From: an uncultured Nitrospiraceae bacterium
GTDB taxonomy: Bacteria; Nitrospirota; Thermodesulfovibrionia; Thermodesulfovibrionales; UBA6898
Assembly (NCBI GenBank): GCA_963811165.1
Contig: CAWEQH010000001.1
Location: 384,001-448,000 of the forward strand
Length of the DNA: 64,000 nt
Direction: 5' to 3'
In this document: in pieces, positions 60,141 through 64,000 of the stretch
Layout of the letters: each line of letters starts with the position of its first letter
Numbering within the stretch: the stretch's first letter is position 1
Position numbers and translations under genes: made by a program
Notes under the pieces: generated by a model
The model's database searches: none
Told to the model about the DNA's origin: nothing
What the model saw: only the letters and a program-made list of their open reading frames with translations

Positions 60141-61484
60141 ATGGCCATAACAAAAAAAGTAGCAGAGAGAATAGAGCAAAAGAAGGGCGACTACCAGGAT
60201 TACAAGTTTAGCCAGATCGAAAACGACGCGCTCAAGACGTTTTTTGACCTTGCGCAGGAGTTCGGGAGTATAGACGACTTTTATACCCTTTGCGTAGCGG
60301 TCCCGAAAAGTTTTTTCGGCCTCGATGCCCGCCTCTATCTCTTTGATCCCAGGATCGAGGACACTACACTTGCGGCGACAACTGAAGAAAGCGAATACGA
60401 ACTGCACGATCCGGCCCCGGACCATATAAAGCCGTCAGAGATCCCGTACTTTACCGACAGGAAGAGCCTTGTTTTGCCTATCCGTGGGAAAAAACTTCTG
60501 ATCAGTCAACTGCCTTTCCATGTGGAGGGCGACATACTCGGGCTGCTTGAGGTCTATCCCGTCGAGAGCATGGATAACCACAGACAGCTTTTTTTCGAGA
60601 AGTACGCAAACCGTATAGGCTTCAGGCTGCACAATAAATTTCTCGTAGAGAAGAATATCGAGCACCTGAGGTTTATCCGTTCCCTTGTGGCCGATATCGA
60701 ACATAACATAATTGTGCCGAATATGGTCTATAAGCTGTTCCTCAGACGCCTCAGGGGCAAGATCATGAAAAACGTCGAAATCGAGGAATTCCTTATGTCA
60801 TGGTATGCCGAAGGGAGATGCGACAAGACATTGATGGAGAATACGCTGAGGGAACTGGCCGATGTAAATCAGGGACTGACGGGTGAGCTCGAAAACCTCG
60901 AAAAGCATTATAAGAATATGTCCCTTTTTATCGAGACCCTTTTCAGAAAGAGCCACTTTGACCAGGGACGTCTCACCCTAAGGACCAAGGCATGCAATAT
61001 GAAAAAGGACGTCGTCCGGCCCCAGCTTGAACGCTATGTCGAGCAGTTCGAGAAGGCCGGCATTTCTATAGACGACAGGATGAGCGGCATCCCGGATGAG
61101 GAGATTATCAATGTGGTGGACGTTGGTTTGATAGCGCAGGTGTACGCAAACCTTTTTTCGAATGCTCTCAAATATACCGGTGAAGTCGAGATACTCGGCA
61201 TTAAGAAAAAATATATCGCTTATGGCCACCAGATCGTTAAAGATTATTTCGGCCCCGGCAAAGACGGCGTGAAGTATAATATTTTCAGCTCCGGTCTGCA
61301 GATCGACCAGAAAGAGCGGGGGAAGCTCTTTGAAGAGGGCTACCGGTCGTCCAATACCGGCGGCGTACCAGGCACGGGCCACGGTCTGGCCTTTGTCAAA
61401 AACGTTATTGAATTGCACGGAGGGGTAGTTGGGTATGAGGCGGTAGATTACGGCAACAACTTCTTCTTTATCCTTCCAAAATAA
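60141..61484 (+). CDS. Cytoplasmic sensor histidine kinase-like protein
   Basis: QVYANLFSNALKY, LFEEGYR, GTGHGLAFVK, HGG HATPase boxes. Confidence 0.85.
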   Translation: MAITKKVAERIEQKKGDYQDYKFSQIENDALKTFFDLAQEFGSIDDFYTLCVAVPKSFFGLDARLYLFDPRIEDTTLAATTEESEYELHDPAPDHIKPSEIPYFTDRKSLVLPIRGKKLLISQLPFHVEGDILGLLEVYPVESMDNHRQLFFEKYANRIGFRLHNKFLVEKNIEHLRFIRSLVADIEHNIIVPNMVYKLFLRRLRGKIMKNVEIEEFLMSWYAEGRCDKTLMENTLRELADVNQGLTGELENLEKHYKNMSLFIETLFRKSHFDQGRLTLRTKACNMKKDVVRPQLERYVEQFEKAGISIDDRMSGIPDEEIINVVDVGLIAQVYANLFSNALKYTGEVEILGIKKKYIAYGHQIVKDYFGPGKDGVKYNIFSSGLQIDQKERGKLFEEGYRSSNTGGVPGTGHGLAFVKNVIELHGGVVGYEAVDYGNNFFFILPK

Positions 61485-61888
61485 GCTCCTGATCGGGTTA
61501 GGACAGTGTTCTGCATTCCTTCTGCAACAGACTTTTTTCAATTATTAATTTTTTTTAATTCCGCTTTAATCAGTATTTAATGTAGCAATAATATAGTTTC
61601 TTAACTCTTAATTTCTTTCACGGGAAAAAATAGCGAAGGAGAAATGAGACGAGCGTAAGAAATTTCAAGGAGTAGTTCCGTCTCGTGTGACGGATGAGGG
61701 CGGCCCTTACCTTAAAGGAAAAAGCCCAATGATCTTTACAACTATATTAGGGAAGGAGGATAACGAGCAGCCGCTTACAAAAGCAGTACATTACGGGGTG
61801 GAGCGCCGGAGTAAATCAATTCAGAAAGGATGTAAATAGTAAAGGGCTTTATTATCTGGAAATCTTAAAAAAATTCTAGGAGGACAGA

Positions 61889-64000
61889 TTGGTGAAGAAG
61901 CTATTTGGAGTTTTAATTTTTTTGATAATGTTGGCGGCCGGTTACGGTAACGCGTCTGCAATATCCACATACTTGACCCAATTCAACACAACCTACGGCA
62001 CCTCCGGGACGGCTCTTAACACCTGCGGGGTTTGTCATATCAACCCGGCAGGCGGCGGCAGCCGCAATTCTTACGGCACTTCCTTCGCAGGTGTCTCTAC
62101 CCACTCTACAAACCCGGCGGGCGCATTTAAGACTATTGAACCGCTCGACTCAGACGGCGACGGGTACACAAATATAGTCGAGATCAATGCAAGGACTTTC
62201 CCCGGCGATGCAACAAGCCATCCGTCTGCCACACCAACGCCGACGCCGACACCAACACCGGTCGGCAGTGATACGACCCCGCCTACGGTGAACGTATTCA
62301 CTATACCTTCCACTTCCAGCTCTTTGTCAGTGACTATATCCGCGATCGCAGCTACGGACAATGTGGGCGTGACGGGATATCTGGTGAACCGCTCATCAAC
62401 GAAGCCTTCTGCAACAGCGACCGGATGGACCGCGACCGCTCCCGCCAGTTACACCGTAAGTGCAGCCGGAACCTATACGCTCTATGCGTGGGCGAAGGAT
62501 GCCGCAGGCAATGTGTCTGCAAGTAAGAGCGCATCCGTAACAGTTTCTTTGTCGGGGGGCACCGGCGGCACTGGTGGAACCGGAGGAACCACCACCGGGA
62601 TTTCCGGCGTGGTAAAGGACATAGTGACAGGCACTGCCATTTCCGGGGCCGTTATCAGTGACGGCACACACACAGCCACCACAAGCAGCACCGGGGCTTA
62701 CAGATTAAATGAGGCAGCCGGGAACTACACTCTCCATATAACCAAATCGGGTTATTTGACAACGACCCAGGTGGCGGCTGTAGTGTCGGGTGCGACAAAA
62801 ACAGTCAACTGGGCGCTGACAAAGAGTTATGGCACGCAGGCCATTCCCGCTTCAAAGATGAGCTACGTGATCCTCGCCTGGAACGACCTCGGCATGCACT
62901 GCGACCAGAATGACTACTCCTATTTTATGGTGCTTCCTCCCTATAACACGCTGCATGCCCAGGTATTCCGGCGCGGAGGCGAAGGGGCGAGCCTAATCAC
63001 CAGCGGCGTTACCGTCAGCTATGCCTTCCCGAAGAAGACAAACTCGGCGCTTCACACCAACTTCTGGGCCTACGCGCCGCAGTATGGATTTAGCGTCCCC
63101 ACCAATGTCGGCATCAGCGGGACGCCTCTTAAGGGGAATATGACGCTCGATGCAAAGGGCCTGAGCTGGCAGGCCGTCGGCATCCCCATAACTCCATATG
63201 ACGATGACGGAACATGGGACCCTTACGGGACAGCTGTTATCACGGTAAAAAACAGCTCAGGTCAGGTCCTTCAGACTGTCAACGTCGTGGCGCCTGTTTC
63301 GACGGAGATGATGTGCAGCAACTGTCACGGCGACGGCACAGCAAACCAGCAGGCCATGCAGCTTAGCATTTTGCAGGCCCATGATGCATTTAACGGGACT
63401 ACTTTGGCGGCTGACCAGGCGAAGGGTACGGTCCATGCCTGCGGCGAGTGCCACCAGGCCAATGCCCTCGGTATGCCGGGCAAGCCCGGGATCGAGAGCC
63501 TCTCGCTTGCTATGCACAATTTCCACAAGGACAAGATGAACACAACGGCTCAGGCAGCGGCCACGACACCTGGCTGCTACAACTGCCATCCCGGATCGAA
63601 GACCCAGTGCATGAGGGGAATTATGGAAAGGGCAGGCAAGACCTGCACTGATTGCCATGGGGACATGTACGGAATGACGGCTACGCTCCAGAACGGGCGC
63701 AGGCCATGGCTGGATGAGCCGACATGCGGTGGCTGTCATGGCGCAGGCTATGCTGAAAACGCCAATACGCTCTACCGCAACTCGGTAATAATGAATGCCC
63801 CAGAGGGTATGAGCGGCAAGATATATTGCGAGGCATGCCATAACAGCACCCATGCGGAGCTGACTACATCCAATCCCGCAGACCCGACGATTCCCCTGAA
63901 GTTCCAGGGAGACAATCGCTGGATATGGAGTTGTACTGTCTGCCACAGCAGTGAGTCACAGCGCTCGATGCACAGAGTAAGCAGTACATCTACTTCCGGT
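61889..64000 (+). CDS. Large secreted modular multiheme c-type cytochrome (>=8 CxxCH), 3' truncated; absent from ORF track
   Basis: AGGAGG RBS then TTG/GTG; signal peptide; CGVCH, DSDGDG, (PT)n linker, AWAKDAAGN Ig-like and carboxypeptidase-regulatory-like domains, AWNDLGMHC, then CSNCH, CGECH, CYNCH, CTDCH, CGGCH, CEACH, CTVCH; no stop in my reading to the window end. Confidence 0.9.
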   Translation, partial: MVKKLFGVLIFLIMLAAGYGNASAISTYLTQFNTTYGTSGTALNTCGVCHINPAGGGSRNSYGTSFAGVSTHSTNPAGAFKTIEPLDSDGDGYTNIVEINARTFPGDATSHPSATPTPTPTPTPVGSDTTPPTVNVFTIPSTSSSLSVTISAIAATDNVGVTGYLVNRSSTKPSATATGWTATAPASYTVSAAGTYTLYAWAKDAAGNVSASKSASVTVSLSGGTGGTGGTGGTTTGISGVVKDIVTGTAISGAVISDGTHTATTSSTGAYRLNEAAGNYTLHITKSGYLTTTQVAAVVSGATKTVNWALTKSYGTQAIPASKMSYVILAWNDLGMHCDQNDYSYFMVLPPYNTLHAQVFRRGGEGASLITSGVTVSYAFPKKTNSALHTNFWAYAPQYGFSVPTNVGISGTPLKGNMTLDAKGLSWQAVGIPITPYDDDGTWDPYGTAVITVKNSSGQVLQTVNVVAPVSTEMMCSNCHGDGTANQQAMQLSILQAHDAFNGTTLAADQAKGTVHACGECHQANALGMPGKPGIESLSLAMHNFHKDKMNTTAQAAATTPGCYNCHPGSKTQCMRGIMERAGKTCTDCHGDMYGMTATLQNGRRPWLDEPTCGGCHGAGYAENANTLYRNSVIMNAPEGMSGKIYCEACHNSTHAELTTSNPADPTIPLKFQGDNRWIWSCTVCHSSESQRSMHRVSSTSTSG

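Noticed and set aside
61490..61880. Cyclic-dinucleotide (GEMM) riboswitch upstream of the cytochrome
   Set aside because: No recognisable GEMM core by eye; an Infernal/Rfam scan would settle it
63257..63946. 229-aa minus-strand ORF
   Set aside because: Antisense to the heme-rich part of the cytochrome gene

Overview
Bacterial chromosomal window of moderate GC, from an anaerobe with multiheme cytochromes and a Dsr/Tus-type sulfur relay. The gene style resembles Nitrospirota/Thermodesulfovibrionia or Desulfobacterota (inference). The left part holds the 3' end of topA, a hexaheme cytochrome, two tRNA-Leu genes, a DsbC-family gene split by an in-frame TGA (probable selenoprotein), a dsrH/dsrE/dsrF/tusA-like cluster and a CobC-like phosphatase. 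A ~6.1 kb integrase-less islet at tRNA-Leu(GAG) carries one giant GH38-like/IPT-repeat protein. The centre is a ~20 kb cobalamin-riboswitch-controlled anaerobic cobamide operon that starts with a ThiC paralogue (BzaF-like), ends with a BPL_N gene, and is peppered with in-frame heptamer arrays and REP-like palindromes. The right part holds hrpB, a DEAD-box helicase, tex, a UvrD/PcrA helicase, an intact IS4 element with target duplication, an M16 peptidase, rpiA, a stand-alone IF-2 C-terminal protein, msrB, a histidine kinase and a modular secreted cytochrome (8 CxxCH) running off the right edge. Many genes carry single-base indels that look like long-read consensus errors. All calls come from motif reading; no database search was run.
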